64,000 nucleotides of DNA from Candidatus Omnitrophota bacterium (GCA_041653115.1 JBAZGA010000004.1:4660-68659), one strand, 5' to 3'. Counted from the first letter of the stretch, positions 40,193-50,005 are shown. The notes: generated by a model from the sequence alone, not told the origin. Translations and numbers: made by a program.

Positions 40193-42138
40193 AATAATCT
40201 CTCTACTGCCTCGGCAATTATAAAGTTATCCTTTAAGGTATTCATCTCTGGCTTATCCCGCCAGATATCTGCGATAGTGCCGCCTAAATCGCCGGGGCCT
40301 ACAAGATGTATATATTTGTTTTTCGCGAAATGACGGATGAACCTTTGGTGCCTCCCGGGTAAGCCTGTGCCGGCGAATACCAATACATATTTTTTGCTGT
40401 TTACCGCTTCGGAAATCATGGAAATACTTTCCGGAGAAGTAACGATAATCTGGCTTAAACCCAATATCCCGCCTACTGCCTCGGGGATATTCTTTTCATT
40501 GGCGATAACCAGCAGTTTACAGCGGCTGTATTCCCGAAATTCTCTTTTTACCAGTTCCTCAACCTCTTTTGAGGTCCGGCGCGAAGTAGTGATTAAAAGA
40601 ACCGCATTCATTTTTTCCGCGGCCTGCTTTAGCTGCCGGATAACTTCCAGGACCATTTCTTGACTAAGCAAAAATTCCTTTGTATTGCCGCCGAGTAACA
40701 GGCCGATATGGGCAGCCGCCGGGTCGCGGCCGCCGGCTGTCAGCCGGCTTAATTTTTCCCTCTCGGTTTTGAGATATTCGTCATTGATTAAATTCAAAGC
40801 GCCCTCGGTAATCGCGATATTTTTCCTGCGCGGCGGATTATCGTGCCGCGGCATGATTACCAAATCAAAGCGCTTCGTGCTTAAAAACCCCGGGCGCAGG
40901 ATTACCACGGATTTAGCGGCGTTCTCCCGGGAGAGGACAAAATTTATCGGCGCGAGCGCTGAACCGCAGGAGATAATTATATCGGGCTTGGCGCTGATTA
41001 AAGACCGGTAGGTATCCGCGGCCAAAGAATTCCTCAAGCACCAGAGGCACCCCTGACAGCTATACCTGCCGGATAAAAGGCTGCTCAATGCCAGCGAGGA
41101 TGGAGCAAATTTATTTTTAAATCCTACTGCAACCGTGGTAATATGCGTATCTATGCCTTTATCCTTAAGATAGCCGGCGATAATATTCAGGGCGGCTTCT
41201 GACTGGCGCAGGTGCCCGGCTTTTTGGTCGCTTAAGATTAAGATATTTTTCTCTTTGGCGTATTTCCATATTTTATAAGTCCAGAGGTAATCCTTAGGGT
41301 ACCTGAGAATAAGTTTTTCAAATATAGCGACCAGCGACTGTAAATTATCGCGGATATCCTTCTCGGCATCTCCGGTCCTTTTAAGCTCAAGCGGCGGCTC
41401 AACAATCAGTTTATGGTAGGGGCCGTTTCTGCGCGTATAAAAAACCGGCAGGATTACCGCGTCATACTTCAGGGCGAGCCTGATTGCGCCGGTAGGCATT
41501 GAGGCATCCTGGCCAAAGAATTTAACCAGCGTGCCGGCCCTGCCTCCCTGATCAACGGTCATGCCAAAGGCTTCGTTATTTTTGAGCACCTGGATCAGCG
41601 CACGGGCCTGGTTTTCCCGCTGGATTATTTTACAGCCCCTCTCCTGTCTGTAAGCATTAAGTAATTTTTCCAGGCGCGGGTATCTCTGTCCGCGGACAAA
41701 CAAACTAAAAGGGTACCCTAAGTTAGCCGAAATAATGCTGGAGAGCTCCCAGCTGCCGGCATGCATGCCGGTAAAAATAATTCCCTTGCCTCTTTTAAAA
41801 GCCTCATCTACATAAGGCCTGCCTTCTATGGAAATATATTTATTGATGTATTTCTTATCAATCTTGGGAATAAGGAATATCTCGATAATGCTCTGGCCGA
41901 AATTCTCATAGAATTCTTTGCTGAGCCGCGATAATTGCCGCGCAGATAACTTGCCGCCAAGCGCCTTTTTTATGTTCGCATAGGCAACCGCCTTATGCTT
42001 GAGGTCAAAATAATAAAATAAGCTGCCGATTACCCTGCCCAGGAATAGGCTAAAGCCCAAAGGCAGCAAGCGGATTAGCGGGCCGACAACCTTAAGCGCG
42101 GCGTAACCCCAGTAATCGACGACGGAATTCTTCCTCAT
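40189..42138 (-). CDS. lipid A biosynthesis lauroyl/myristoyl acyltransferase (LpxL/HtrB) fused to an ELM1/DUF1022-like domain
   Basis: 649 aa. The N-terminal ~290 aa match the LpxL family (TM, then HAGSWEL). The C-terminal ~350 aa resemble the ELM1-like domain often encoded near lpxK/waaA. Overlaps lpxK by 47 nt. Confidence 0.7.
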   Translation of the reverse strand: MRKNSVVDYWGYAALKVVGPLIRLLPLGFSLFLGRVIGSLFYYFDLKHKAVAYANIKKALGGKLSARQLSRLSKEFYENFGQSIIEIFLIPKIDKKYINKYISIEGRPYVDEAFKRGKGIIFTGMHAGSWELSSIISANLGYPFSLFVRGQRYPRLEKLLNAYRQERGCKIIQRENQARALIQVLKNNEAFGMTVDQGGRAGTLVKFFGQDASMPTGAIRLALKYDAVILPVFYTRRNGPYHKLIVEPPLELKRTGDAEKDIRDNLQSLVAIFEKLILRYPKDYLWTYKIWKYAKEKNILILSDQKAGHLRQSEAALNIIAGYLKDKGIDTHITTVAVGFKNKFAPSSLALSSLLSGRYSCQGCLWCLRNSLAADTYRSLISAKPDIIISCGSALAPINFVLSRENAAKSVVILRPGFLSTKRFDLVIMPRHDNPPRRKNIAITEGALNLINDEYLKTEREKLSRLTAGGRDPAAAHIGLLLGGNTKEFLLSQEMVLEVIRQLKQAAEKMNAVLLITTSRRTSKEVEELVKREFREYSRCKLLVIANEKNIPEAVGGILGLSQIIVTSPESISMISEAVNSKKYVLVFAGTGLPGRHQRFIRHFAKNKYIHLVGPGDLGGTIADIWRDKPEMNTLKDNFIIAEAVERLL

Positions 42139-43135
42139 TTCTGGTAATTTTCAATTCGATGCGTAAAACAAAAACGGACGCCCGGCCATGGACGGGAGAC
42201 GATGCCAAAAGCCTTGCCGCGTCCTTTTCGGTAGTAATAACAGTATCGATATTTTTCTTCTCTGACTCCCGAATAATATTATCTAAATCTTTTTCTGAAT
42301 AATTATGGTGGTCGGGGAAGCGAAAAGACAGGCCGATCCCTATCCCCATCCGTTTAATTAAGCTCTCAAATGAATCCGGGTCGCCGATGCCGGAAAATAA
42401 AGCGGCAATCTTTCCTTTTAAGGCATCCGCGTTTAAGGTCTCTTCGGACTCGCCTAATTTATAGAAGCCTGCGGTGCTGTGTACGGATTCCACGATTAAC
42501 GCCGGAGGGTTAATCCGCTTCAAAAAATCTTTTATCTCCTGCGTATCGGGATTTAAATCAGTCTTGGTTAAGACAAAGACGTCCGCGCGCTTCAAACTGG
42601 AGAGCGGCTCGCGCATTACCCCCCGCGGGATAACGCGGCGGTTGCCGAAGGCTTGGGTGGCACTGATAGTTACTATCTCCAGGTCTTTTTTGATGCGCCA
42701 TTGTTGAAACCCGTCATCCAAGATGAGATTATCGGCACGATGAATTTCTATCGCCTGCTTTGCCCCCCTGATCCTGTCGGCACCGACGATCACCGGGACA
42801 TCGCCTAAATTCTTAGAGAGCATATACGGCTCATCGCCCATGCTTGGCTTCATCCTTTTATAGCCCCTGCTCAATATCGCTACTCTCAGGCCCTTTTCTT
42901 TCAGGCAGCGGGCAATATACTCAACTAAGGCGGTCTTTCCCGTGCCTCCCAGCGTAATATTGCCCACGCTGATTACCCTGCAATCCAGATAAGACAACTT
43001 AAGGCGGCAGAGAAACGCCAGGAACCCGATGATTAAGCCGTAAACCAGCGAGAGAATCAGCAGAAAAAATTTAAGGAATCCCGGGATAACGCCTTTTTCC
43101 CGGTCAGTTGCCAACCTGTATAAGTATTCGCGCAT
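42092..43135 (-). CDS. lpxK: tetraacyldisaccharide 4'-kinase
   Basis: 347 aa. N-terminal TM and VISVGNITLGGTGKT P-loop. Confidence 0.88.
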   Translation of the reverse strand: MREYLYRLATDREKGVIPGFLKFFLLILSLVYGLIIGFLAFLCRLKLSYLDCRVISVGNITLGGTGKTALVEYIARCLKEKGLRVAILSRGYKRMKPSMGDEPYMLSKNLGDVPVIVGADRIRGAKQAIEIHRADNLILDDGFQQWRIKKDLEIVTISATQAFGNRRVIPRGVMREPLSSLKRADVFVLTKTDLNPDTQEIKDFLKRINPPALIVESVHSTAGFYKLGESEETLNADALKGKIAALFSGIGDPDSFESLIKRMGIGIGLSFRFPDHHNYSEKDLDNIIRESEKKNIDTVITTEKDAARLLASSPVHGRASVFVLRIELKITRNEEEFRRRLLGLRRA

Positions 43136-43143
43136 TTTAGGCT

Positions 43144-43560
43144 TCAGCCTCTTATAGAGCTTATATTATAGCAGTATTTGCACATAACCGCAGCATTTTC
43201 AGTGATTTTTATCTCTGATTTAGCGCCCAGGGTTATAACGCCATGCCAGATGCCTTTATCAAGGATGACCGGCTTATCCAGAAGAAAACATTCTATTTTG
43301 GCGGGATTCTTTGCCGGCGCTACATAAAGCAGGGTTTTGCCGGAGATAGGCTCAAAGCTTTCGAAACTGTCAGGATGCTGCTCCAGTTTAGTCAACTCTT
43401 TTTCTCCGAGGACTAAATAGGCTATCCGCCAGCCGGTCTTTCTTCTCTCGCGCAAGACAATCGAAAACAGACTCCTGCCCTTAGGGATATTTTTCTTACC
43501 CGGGCAATCGATTATCCAGCCGTATGGCTTAAAATTCCTGCGGTTTAATTTCTTTCCCAT
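43144..43560 (-). CDS. small cupin-fold protein, ureidoglycolate-lyase-like
   Basis: 138 aa. LEQHPDSFESFEPISG resembles the AllA-family ERHPLGTQAFIPMKG block. Overlaps the waaA 3' end by 32 nt. Confidence 0.4.
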   Translation of the reverse strand: MGKKLNRRNFKPYGWIIDCPGKKNIPKGRSLFSIVLRERRKTGWRIAYLVLGEKELTKLEQHPDSFESFEPISGKTLLYVAPAKNPAKIECFLLDKPVILDKGIWHGVITLGAKSEIKITENAAVMCKYCYNISSIRG

Positions 43561-44863
43561 TTCCTTTTACTACATCGGCAATTAAAGAAAGCGTGCGCCG
43601 GGTAGCGCCCTGGTTATCTAAAATTAATTCTCTGGCCTTTTTGCCCAAGGCCTCGGCGTCCTTAGGCTTAGCCAATAGATATTTTACGGCATTGAGCAGC
43701 TCATCTTCGCTGCGCGCCAGGATAGAGGCATGACCCCTCAGATATAACTCGGCGATATCATTAAAATTAAACATATGCGGGCCAAAGATAATCGGCTTGG
43801 CCAGCGTCGCCGGCTCAAGGATATTCTGCCCGCCCTTTTTAATTAAGCTCCCCCCCACAAAAACTATATCGGCGATGGCGTAAAAATCCATCAGCCTGCC
43901 GATTACATCCACGATAAATACGGGGAACGGAATACAGCCGGCGCATCCGGGCCGGTCCTGCGAAATAAAAACCGGCCGGAAGCCAAACCTAGAGGCGATA
44001 CCGGCTACTTCTTTTGCCCGCTCAGGATGCCGGGGCGCTACAATCAACTTTAAATCCTTAAACTCCTTTAATAATTCCCGGTACACCTTGATAATAATTG
44101 CCTCTTCCGGCGCGTGCGTTGAGCCTGCGACGAATATTTTATCTTCGGGTGAAAGGCGTAAATCCTCCTTAAGGCGCGCTTTCGCCTTTTCCGGCTCCGC
44201 TAAATCCTTTTGCAGGTCAAATTTCAAATTGCCGGTAACCTTTACCTTATCCTTTTTAGCCCCGAGAAGAATTAATTTTTCTTTGTCGCCTTCTGTCTGG
44301 GCGCAAAAGAGGCTGACTTTATTTAAAGTTTTCCCGATAAGAAACTTTATCGCGGCATAACCCTTAAATGAACGCTGGGAAATCCTGGCATTTACAACCA
44401 CGACAGGGATATTCCTCTGCTTAAGGCAGGTTAATAAGTTCGGCCAGATTTCTGTTTCGGCAAGAATAAATAACGCGGGGTTAATCTTTTCTATAACGGC
44501 TTTAACGATAAAGCTGAAATCCAGCGGCAGGTAAGTGACGAAATCATTTTCTCCGGCAAAACTCTGGACTACTTTATTACCGGTTGCCGTAACCGTAGAG
44601 ATGACGAATTTTTTCTTGGGGAATTCGCTTTTTAAGCCGCTCAACAAATTCCTCACTGCTTTTGCCTCGCCCACGCTCACCGCGTGAATCCAGACAGGAT
44701 TACCCAGATTTAAACCTTTGGGCAGGAACCCTAAGCGCGCTAAAAATCCTTTATGGAATTTACGCTTAAAAAGGTATACCGGAAAATAAACCAGCGTAAA
44801 AATCAGGAATATCAAATCGTAAATTATAAACATATCTGACAACTGATAGCTAACAACCGACAA
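43529..44863 (-). CDS. waaA: 3-deoxy-D-manno-octulosonic acid (Kdo) transferase
   Basis: WIHAVSVGEAKA motif and an N-terminal TM helix. The ORF-track start is a TTG; an in-frame ATG at 44833 (MFIIYDLIFLIF) is a plausible alternative start. Confidence 0.88.
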   Translation of the reverse strand: MSVVSYQLSDMFIIYDLIFLIFTLVYFPVYLFKRKFHKGFLARLGFLPKGLNLGNPVWIHAVSVGEAKAVRNLLSGLKSEFPKKKFVISTVTATGNKVVQSFAGENDFVTYLPLDFSFIVKAVIEKINPALFILAETEIWPNLLTCLKQRNIPVVVVNARISQRSFKGYAAIKFLIGKTLNKVSLFCAQTEGDKEKLILLGAKKDKVKVTGNLKFDLQKDLAEPEKAKARLKEDLRLSPEDKIFVAGSTHAPEEAIIIKVYRELLKEFKDLKLIVAPRHPERAKEVAGIASRFGFRPVFISQDRPGCAGCIPFPVFIVDVIGRLMDFYAIADIVFVGGSLIKKGGQNILEPATLAKPIIFGPHMFNFNDIAELYLRGHASILARSEDELLNAVKYLLAKPKDAEALGKKARELILDNQGATRRTLSLIADVVKGNGKEIKPQEF

Positions 44864-44868
44864 CTAAA

Positions 44869-45738
44869 TTAAGCCCGGGGATGCGCTTTCTGATACACGC
44901 TTTTTAACTTCTCGGTGCTCAGGTGAGTATAAATCTGGGTAGTGGAAAGATTAGCGTGGCCTAAAAGCTCCTGCACGCTCCTTAAATCCGCCCCGCGGTT
45001 TAAAAGGTGCGTGGCGAAAGAGTGACGCAGGGTATGCGCCGAAATACCCTGCCTGATGCTTGCCAGGCCAAGATACTTCCTGACGATATTGCGCACCCCT
45101 CTGTCGGTGATGCGCTTGTCGTTCTTATTCAAAAACAAAGCCTCTGCCTGCCTCTTACGCCTATCCAGGTAGGTCTTTAATGCCCCCAGGGCGCACTCGC
45201 CGATCGGCACCAGGCGCTCTTTTTTGCCTTTGCCCATGACCTTGACCGTGCCGCTGATAAAATCTATGTCGGAGATATTTAACCCGACTACTTCCGAAAT
45301 ACGCATCCCGGTAGAGTAAAATGTTTCCAGTATCGCCCGGTCGCGCAAAGCGCGTTCGTTTTTTTCCGCCTTTGGCATCGCAGCGGCAATTAATTTAGCC
45401 ACCTCCTCCTCGGTCAAAAACTGCGGAAGGTGCTTATCCTGCTTGGGGCTGGAAAGGATAAGGATAGGGTTGGTCTTCAGCAACCCCTCGCGGGTTAAGA
45501 ATTTAAAGAAGGAACGCAGCGTAGAAAGATGACGCCCCACTGTCCTCGTGCCCAGATCTTTCTCTTTCAACACAGCTAAATACTTCCTTAGGGCCAGGTA
45601 ATCAATGTTCTCTATTGCCGTCTCTCCTAAAAATTTGCTGAAATCCTCTAAATCAAGGCGGTAATTCAGGATAGTATGCTGCGAATAATTTTTTTCGATT
45701 TCCAGGTAGCGCATAAATTTTTCGATATAACGTTCCAT
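44869..45738 (-). CDS. xerC: tyrosine site-specific recombinase XerC/XerD family
   Basis: 289 aa. N-terminal SAM-like core-binding domain; C-terminal catalytic motifs (ARLSEV-like RISEVVGL, HTLRHSFATHLL, LGHANLSTTQIYTH). Confidence 0.85.
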   Translation of the reverse strand: MERYIEKFMRYLEIEKNYSQHTILNYRLDLEDFSKFLGETAIENIDYLALRKYLAVLKEKDLGTRTVGRHLSTLRSFFKFLTREGLLKTNPILILSSPKQDKHLPQFLTEEEVAKLIAAAMPKAEKNERALRDRAILETFYSTGMRISEVVGLNISDIDFISGTVKVMGKGKKERLVPIGECALGALKTYLDRRKRQAEALFLNKNDKRITDRGVRNIVRKYLGLASIRQGISAHTLRHSFATHLLNRGADLRSVQELLGHANLSTTQIYTHLSTEKLKSVYQKAHPRA

Positions 45739-45756
45739 AATTAATTACTGAGAGGC

Positions 45757-45810
45757 ACCTTTACGCTTGATTTTAAAAACGTTTTACGCTTAAATTAAAA
45801 ACGTTTTATG
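45757..45810. repeat. 54-nt intergenic motif, copy 1 (contains palindrome AAAACGTTTT twice and TTTACGCTT direct repeats); overlaps the topA stop codon and lies 19-73 nt upstream of the xerC start
   Basis: cacctttacgcttgattttaaaaacgttttacgcttaaattaaaaacgttttatg; a second copy at 59311-59364 is about 90% identical. Confidence 0.7.
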
Positions 45811-47764
45811 ATTTAGGTTCCTCGGGCAATGTCCGCGAAGTAAACTTGCAGTTCGGGTAATTAGAACAGCCGTAAAAGAAACCCCGGTGCGAGCGGCGCT
45901 CAATCAATTCTCCGCCGCAATTGGGCTCGGGGCATTTCACGCCGGTTGTGATAGACTTAGAAAACTTGCATTCGGGAAAACCCGAACAGCTCAGGAACTT
46001 GCCTTTCCGGCCCCATTTGATAATCATCGGCCGGCCGCACTTTTCACAAACTTCCCCGGAAAAAATAATTTCTTTTTTGATATTATTCTGCGCAAAATCC
46101 AGGCTTTCCTTGAAAGACACGTAAAAATCCTGCAGCACCTTAACCTTGTCGTACTTTCCCTCTTCGATTTCATCAAGCTCTTCTTCCATTTGCGCGGTGA
46201 AATTTATATCCATAATCTTAGGGAAATATTCTACGAGCATTTCGCAGACTTTAAAACCCAGCTCTGTCGGCTGAAAATAACCTTTTATCCGGCGCACATA
46301 ATCCCGCAAAACCAGCGTGTGAATTATCGGCGCGTAAGTAGAAGGCCTGCCGATACCGCCTTCCTCCAGCGCCTTGACCAGCGAGCTGTCCGAGAACCTC
46401 GGCGGCGGCTTGGTAAAGTGCTGCGAAGGGGTAAGCCTGGCGAGATTTAAAATTTCCCCTTTTTCTAAATGGGGAATCGGGTTCTTCTTTTTTTCTTCTT
46501 CATTATGGTTATAAACCGCAAGAAAGCCGTCAAAAACCAGTTCGCTGCCGGAAGCGGTAAATAAATACTTCTCCGCCTCTATATTAACCGTAGTTGCCGA
46601 ATATTCAGCCGGCGTCATCTGGCTGGCAAGGAAACGGTTATAGATAAGCGCGTAGAGCTTGTATTGCTCGGGGGTTAAAAATTTTTCTAAGCTTTCCGCC
46701 GGCCGGGCAATCAGCGTCGGCCGGATTGCCTCATGCGCCTCCTGGGCGAGCTTCTTTACCTTATAGACATTCGGCGCTTCAGGCAGGTATTTTTTCCCGA
46801 AATGTTTGGCGATGTGCGCCCTGACCTCTTGTATCGCCTCTGCGGCAACATGGAAAGAATCGGTGCGCATATAGGTAACCAGGCCAACCGGGCTATCCTC
46901 GCCGATATCAATGCCTTCGTAAAGCTGTTGCGCCACAATCATCGTCTTGGTAGCATTGAACCTTAATTTATTGAAGGCGTCCTGCTGTAAGGTGCTGGTG
47001 ATAAAGGGCGGGGCCGGGTAACGTTTCTTTTGCGTCTTTTTTATATCCGCTACAATAAAAGTTTTATCCTTTATCTCGCCGATAAGCCTGTCTACCTCTG
47101 TTTTATTTTTTATCTCTGCTTTTTTATCTTCTATCTTTTCCAGTTTTGCCGAAAATAAAGCCTGGGCTTTTTTCAATTCCGCCTCAATCTCCCAATACTC
47201 CTGGGGGACAAATTTTTCGATTTCTCTTTCTCTTTCTACGATTAACCTCAAGGCCACGGATTGCACCCGGCCGGCGCTTAAGCCGCGCACAATCTTCTTC
47301 CAGAGCAAGGGGCTTAAAAAATAGCCGACGATTCTATCGAGTATCCTCCTGCCAGCCTGGGCCTCGACCATATTCGGGTCAAAATCCCGCGCGTTCTCAA
47401 AGGCATGCTTAATCGCGGAGGCGGTAATCTCATGGAAGACCACGCGAAAGACTTTTTTGCCTTTTAAAAGGCGGTCTTTAATCTGCCAGCCGATGGCTTC
47501 CCCTTCCCTGTCGGGATCGGTGGCCACAAATACCTTATCTTTGCCTTTGAATTCTTTTTTTAAAGCAGCCACTGTCTTCTGCCTTCCGGGAATGATTACA
47601 TAATCGGGCTCGAAATCTTTATCGATATCTACGCCGAGCTTTTTCGCGGGCAGGTCAATCAGGTGCCCCATCGAGGAAACAACGCTGAATTCCTTGCCTA
47701 AGATTTTACTGATCGTCTTGGCTTTGGTCGGAGACTCTACGATGACCAGGCTTTTCTTTTTCAT
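45806..47764 (-). CDS. topA: DNA topoisomerase I with C-terminal zinc-ribbon repeats
   Basis: 652 aa. TOPRIM N-terminus (LVIVESPTKAKTI), active-site Tyr region, C-terminal C4 zinc fingers (CEKCGRPM..., CPEPNCGG...). Confidence 0.92.
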   Translation of the reverse strand: MKKKSLVIVESPTKAKTISKILGKEFSVVSSMGHLIDLPAKKLGVDIDKDFEPDYVIIPGRQKTVAALKKEFKGKDKVFVATDPDREGEAIGWQIKDRLLKGKKVFRVVFHEITASAIKHAFENARDFDPNMVEAQAGRRILDRIVGYFLSPLLWKKIVRGLSAGRVQSVALRLIVEREREIEKFVPQEYWEIEAELKKAQALFSAKLEKIEDKKAEIKNKTEVDRLIGEIKDKTFIVADIKKTQKKRYPAPPFITSTLQQDAFNKLRFNATKTMIVAQQLYEGIDIGEDSPVGLVTYMRTDSFHVAAEAIQEVRAHIAKHFGKKYLPEAPNVYKVKKLAQEAHEAIRPTLIARPAESLEKFLTPEQYKLYALIYNRFLASQMTPAEYSATTVNIEAEKYLFTASGSELVFDGFLAVYNHNEEEKKKNPIPHLEKGEILNLARLTPSQHFTKPPPRFSDSSLVKALEEGGIGRPSTYAPIIHTLVLRDYVRRIKGYFQPTELGFKVCEMLVEYFPKIMDINFTAQMEEELDEIEEGKYDKVKVLQDFYVSFKESLDFAQNNIKKEIIFSGEVCEKCGRPMIIKWGRKGKFLSCSGFPECKFSKSITTGVKCPEPNCGGELIERRSHRGFFYGCSNYPNCKFTSRTLPEEPKS

Positions 47765-48864
47765 TAGCTGCTCCTGATAAATTGTTTTCCGGGAAGTTGT
47801 CTGATTAATTTTCTTATCTCTAGATTTAAAAGTATCTGCGAAACTTGAGAGATATTAAGAGCTGCCTTCTCAAGAATGGCATCTAAGTGTAAAGGCTGAT
47901 TGTGGATGAGATTGTATAAGAGCGATTCTTCGCCGGCTAAATCCTTGCTGGTGATACTTTTGTTTGCCATTTCTATCTTTATCCCCTCTTTCTTTATAGA
48001 GAAATTAAATTCCTCCGCTATATCCTCAACGCAAGAAACCAGTTTTGCTCCCTGCTTAATCAGTTCGTTTGTGCCAAAAGAAGTATTTGCATCGACTTTT
48101 CCGGGAAGCGCGAACACATCCCTGCCCTGCTCTAAGGCAAAATCCGCGGTAATCAAAGCCCCGCTGTTTTTGGCGGCCTCAACTACTAATACGCCTAAAC
48201 TCAGGCCGCTGATAACGCGGTTACGCCGGGGAAAATTCTGCGGCAAGGGCTTCATATCGCAGGGGAATTCGGAAAGCACGGCGCCCTTGGCGGCAATCTC
48301 TTCGGCTAATTTTTTATTCTCCGGAGGGTAAATATGCTGAAAACCGCTGCCCATTACGGCAATCGTGCGGCCTCCGGCTTTTAACGCCCCGCGATGGCTA
48401 GAAGTATCAATGCCGCGCGCCATCCCCGAGACAATCGTAAAGCTGTTTTCGCAAAGCCCGTAAGCAAATTTCTCGGCAGAATTTAAGCCATAATAAGAAG
48501 CGCGGCGCGAGCCCACGATGCCCAGGCTAAACTTATCTTCTCTTTTTAATTCCCCTTTTACATAAAGCACAATTGGAGGATCATAAATACTTTTTAAATT
48601 TTCCGGATAATCTATATCGCCTTGGGTAATAATTTTTAATCCCAGCTTTTTTACCGACGCTAACTCTTTATCTAAATCTTCTTTCTTAAAAGACGCTATT
48701 TCCTGCGCGGTCTTTTCTCCTATCCCTGAAACTGCGCTTAATTTTTCTGCGCTGGCTTTCAGGATGTTTCCCGGGCTGCCGAAATATTCCAATAGCTTTT
48801 TTAGCCGGATACTGCCGATTTCACCAACCATATTTAGGCTAATTAACGCTTCAAGCTGTGTCAC
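47764..48864 (-). CDS. dprA: DNA processing protein A (DprA/Smf)
   Basis: SAM-like N-domain, then the Rossmann-like DprA core (GIVGSRRASYYG, GMARGIDTSSHRGAL). The ORF track starts at a GTG at 48909. I prefer the GTG at 48864-48862, which has GGGGGAG 4 nt upstream and a GTGA overlap with the upstream small ORF. Confidence 0.8.
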   Translation of the reverse strand: MTQLEALISLNMVGEIGSIRLKKLLEYFGSPGNILKASAEKLSAVSGIGEKTAQEIASFKKEDLDKELASVKKLGLKIITQGDIDYPENLKSIYDPPIVLYVKGELKREDKFSLGIVGSRRASYYGLNSAEKFAYGLCENSFTIVSGMARGIDTSSHRGALKAGGRTIAVMGSGFQHIYPPENKKLAEEIAAKGAVLSEFPCDMKPLPQNFPRRNRVISGLSLGVLVVEAAKNSGALITADFALEQGRDVFALPGKVDANTSFGTNELIKQGAKLVSCVEDIAEEFNFSIKKEGIKIEMANKSITSKDLAGEESLLYNLIHNQPLHLDAILEKAALNISQVSQILLNLEIRKLIRQLPGKQFIRSS

Positions 48865-49124
48865 TTCTCCCCCGGCATCCTTTTTGATTTTCTCTTTTCG
48901 CAATAACACAAGAGGATCGCCAATATGGTCGGGACAGGCAAAATCAGGGCTAAATCAAATTCATTCCTCATTTTCAATACATAAGCGCTGATTGCCAGCA
49001 ATACAATAAACCAAACAAGCTTCCTGGAGGTGCGCAGTTTAAATCCGTCGCAGAAACAGAATCCCGTAAACGAAACATATAAACTTAACGCTATAAATTG
49101 TATCAATAATATCCGTGCCGTCAT
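48861..49124 (-). CDS. small hypothetical membrane protein (two TM helices)
   Basis: 87 aa. Two hydrophobic helices. Its stop overlaps the proposed dprA start as GTGA and it lies directly downstream of aroK; weak support otherwise. Confidence 0.35.
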   Translation of the reverse strand: MTARILLIQFIALSLYVSFTGFCFCDGFKLRTSRKLVWFIVLLAISAYVLKMRNEFDLALILPVPTILAILLCYCEKRKSKRMPGEK

Positions 49125-49660
49125 CCCCGTCTTCCTGCTTTTTTCATTTTGACTTTAGGCTTCAGGCTGATAGTTTTTACTATATTCTGCACCACCTGCC
49201 CTATGGATAGCCTTGAAGTATCTATCGTCTTGTCTGCCTGGGCATAATAAGGCGCGCGTAGTTTAAATAAGAGCTCGATCTGTTTTTTCGGGTCTTTCAC
49301 GTTTAAGAGCGGGCGGTGCGTTTGGCCGGATGTCCTCTGCAGGATTACCTCCGGCGTTGCCGTCAGGCAAATCAGCGTGCCGGACGCTTTCATAATCTTG
49401 ATGTTCTCCGGATCAATGACTATGCCTCCGCCGCAGCCCACGATAAATTTCTTTTCCTTTGCCACCTCTTTTAAAACCTGTTTTTCTGCCCTGCGGAAAT
49501 ACGGCTCGCCGTTTTTGGCAAAGATATCGGCAATCGTCATCTTCTCGCGCAGCTCGATTAAATCATCCAGGTCAATAAACTGCCATTTCTTCTTTTTGGC
49601 CAGCTCCCTGCCGACTGAGGTTTTACCGGCAGCCATAAAACCGACTAAGTAAATATTCAT
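49121..49660 (-). CDS. aroK: shikimate kinase
   Basis: 179 aa. IYLVGFMAAGKTSVGR P-loop and AroK fold. Confidence 0.88.
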   Translation of the reverse strand: MNIYLVGFMAAGKTSVGRELAKKKKWQFIDLDDLIELREKMTIADIFAKNGEPYFRRAEKQVLKEVAKEKKFIVGCGGGIVIDPENIKIMKASGTLICLTATPEVILQRTSGQTHRPLLNVKDPKKQIELLFKLRAPYYAQADKTIDTSRLSIGQVVQNIVKTISLKPKVKMKKAGRRG

Positions 49661-49695
49661 ATCCGCAATTCTAACATAGACTTAAAACACTGTCA

Positions 49696-49740
49696 AACTA
49701 TAAAAGCCCGCCATTTATGCTGAAATGGCGGGCTTTTACG
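49696..49740 (-). terminator. intrinsic terminator downstream of spoVG
   Basis: GCCCGCCATTT-loop-AAATGGCGGGC hairpin, followed on the minus transcript by UUUUAUAGUUU. Confidence 0.65.
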
Positions 49741-49747
49741 ACAAACG

Positions 49748-50005
49748 CTATTCCTGATAGGCGGTTAAGACTATATCCGCCAGGTTCTGGCGCGCTTCCT
49801 TGGTCGCGGGATAAAAGGCATTATACCACTTGCCGTCTTTAGCCTTTTGCTGCGGCATGGCTAAAAACAAACCTTTTTGCCCTGCTACTACGCGTAATCC
49901 CTTGACTACGAAATCGCCGATGGCTACATCTACGAAAGCCTTGGTCTTTGAGCCGCCATCAAGGCGATAGATGCGCACTACTTCTAAATCCCGGACTCCT
50001 TCCAT
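49748..50005 (-). CDS. spoVG: SpoVG-family nucleic-acid-binding protein
   Basis: MEGVRDLEVVRIYRL...AFVDVAIGDFVVKGLRVVAGQKGLFLAMP matches the SpoVG fold. I start at the ATG preceded by GAGGGGGTGA rather than at the upstream GTG used by the ORF track. Confidence 0.8.
   Translation of the reverse strand: MEGVRDLEVVRIYRLDGGSKTKAFVDVAIGDFVVKGLRVVAGQKGLFLAMPQQKAKDGKWYNAFYPATKEARQNLADIVLTAYQE

Noticed and set aside
45887-46450. 187-aa plus-strand ORF antisense to topA
   Set aside because: A shadow ORF within a highly conserved topoisomerase gene.
44869-48864. xerC/topA/dprA as part of an integrative mobile element
   Set aside because: dprA-topA-(...)-xerC is a widely conserved housekeeping arrangement, as in B. 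subtilis smf-topA...codV. There are no flanking direct repeats, tRNA, integrase-associated cargo or compositional shift.
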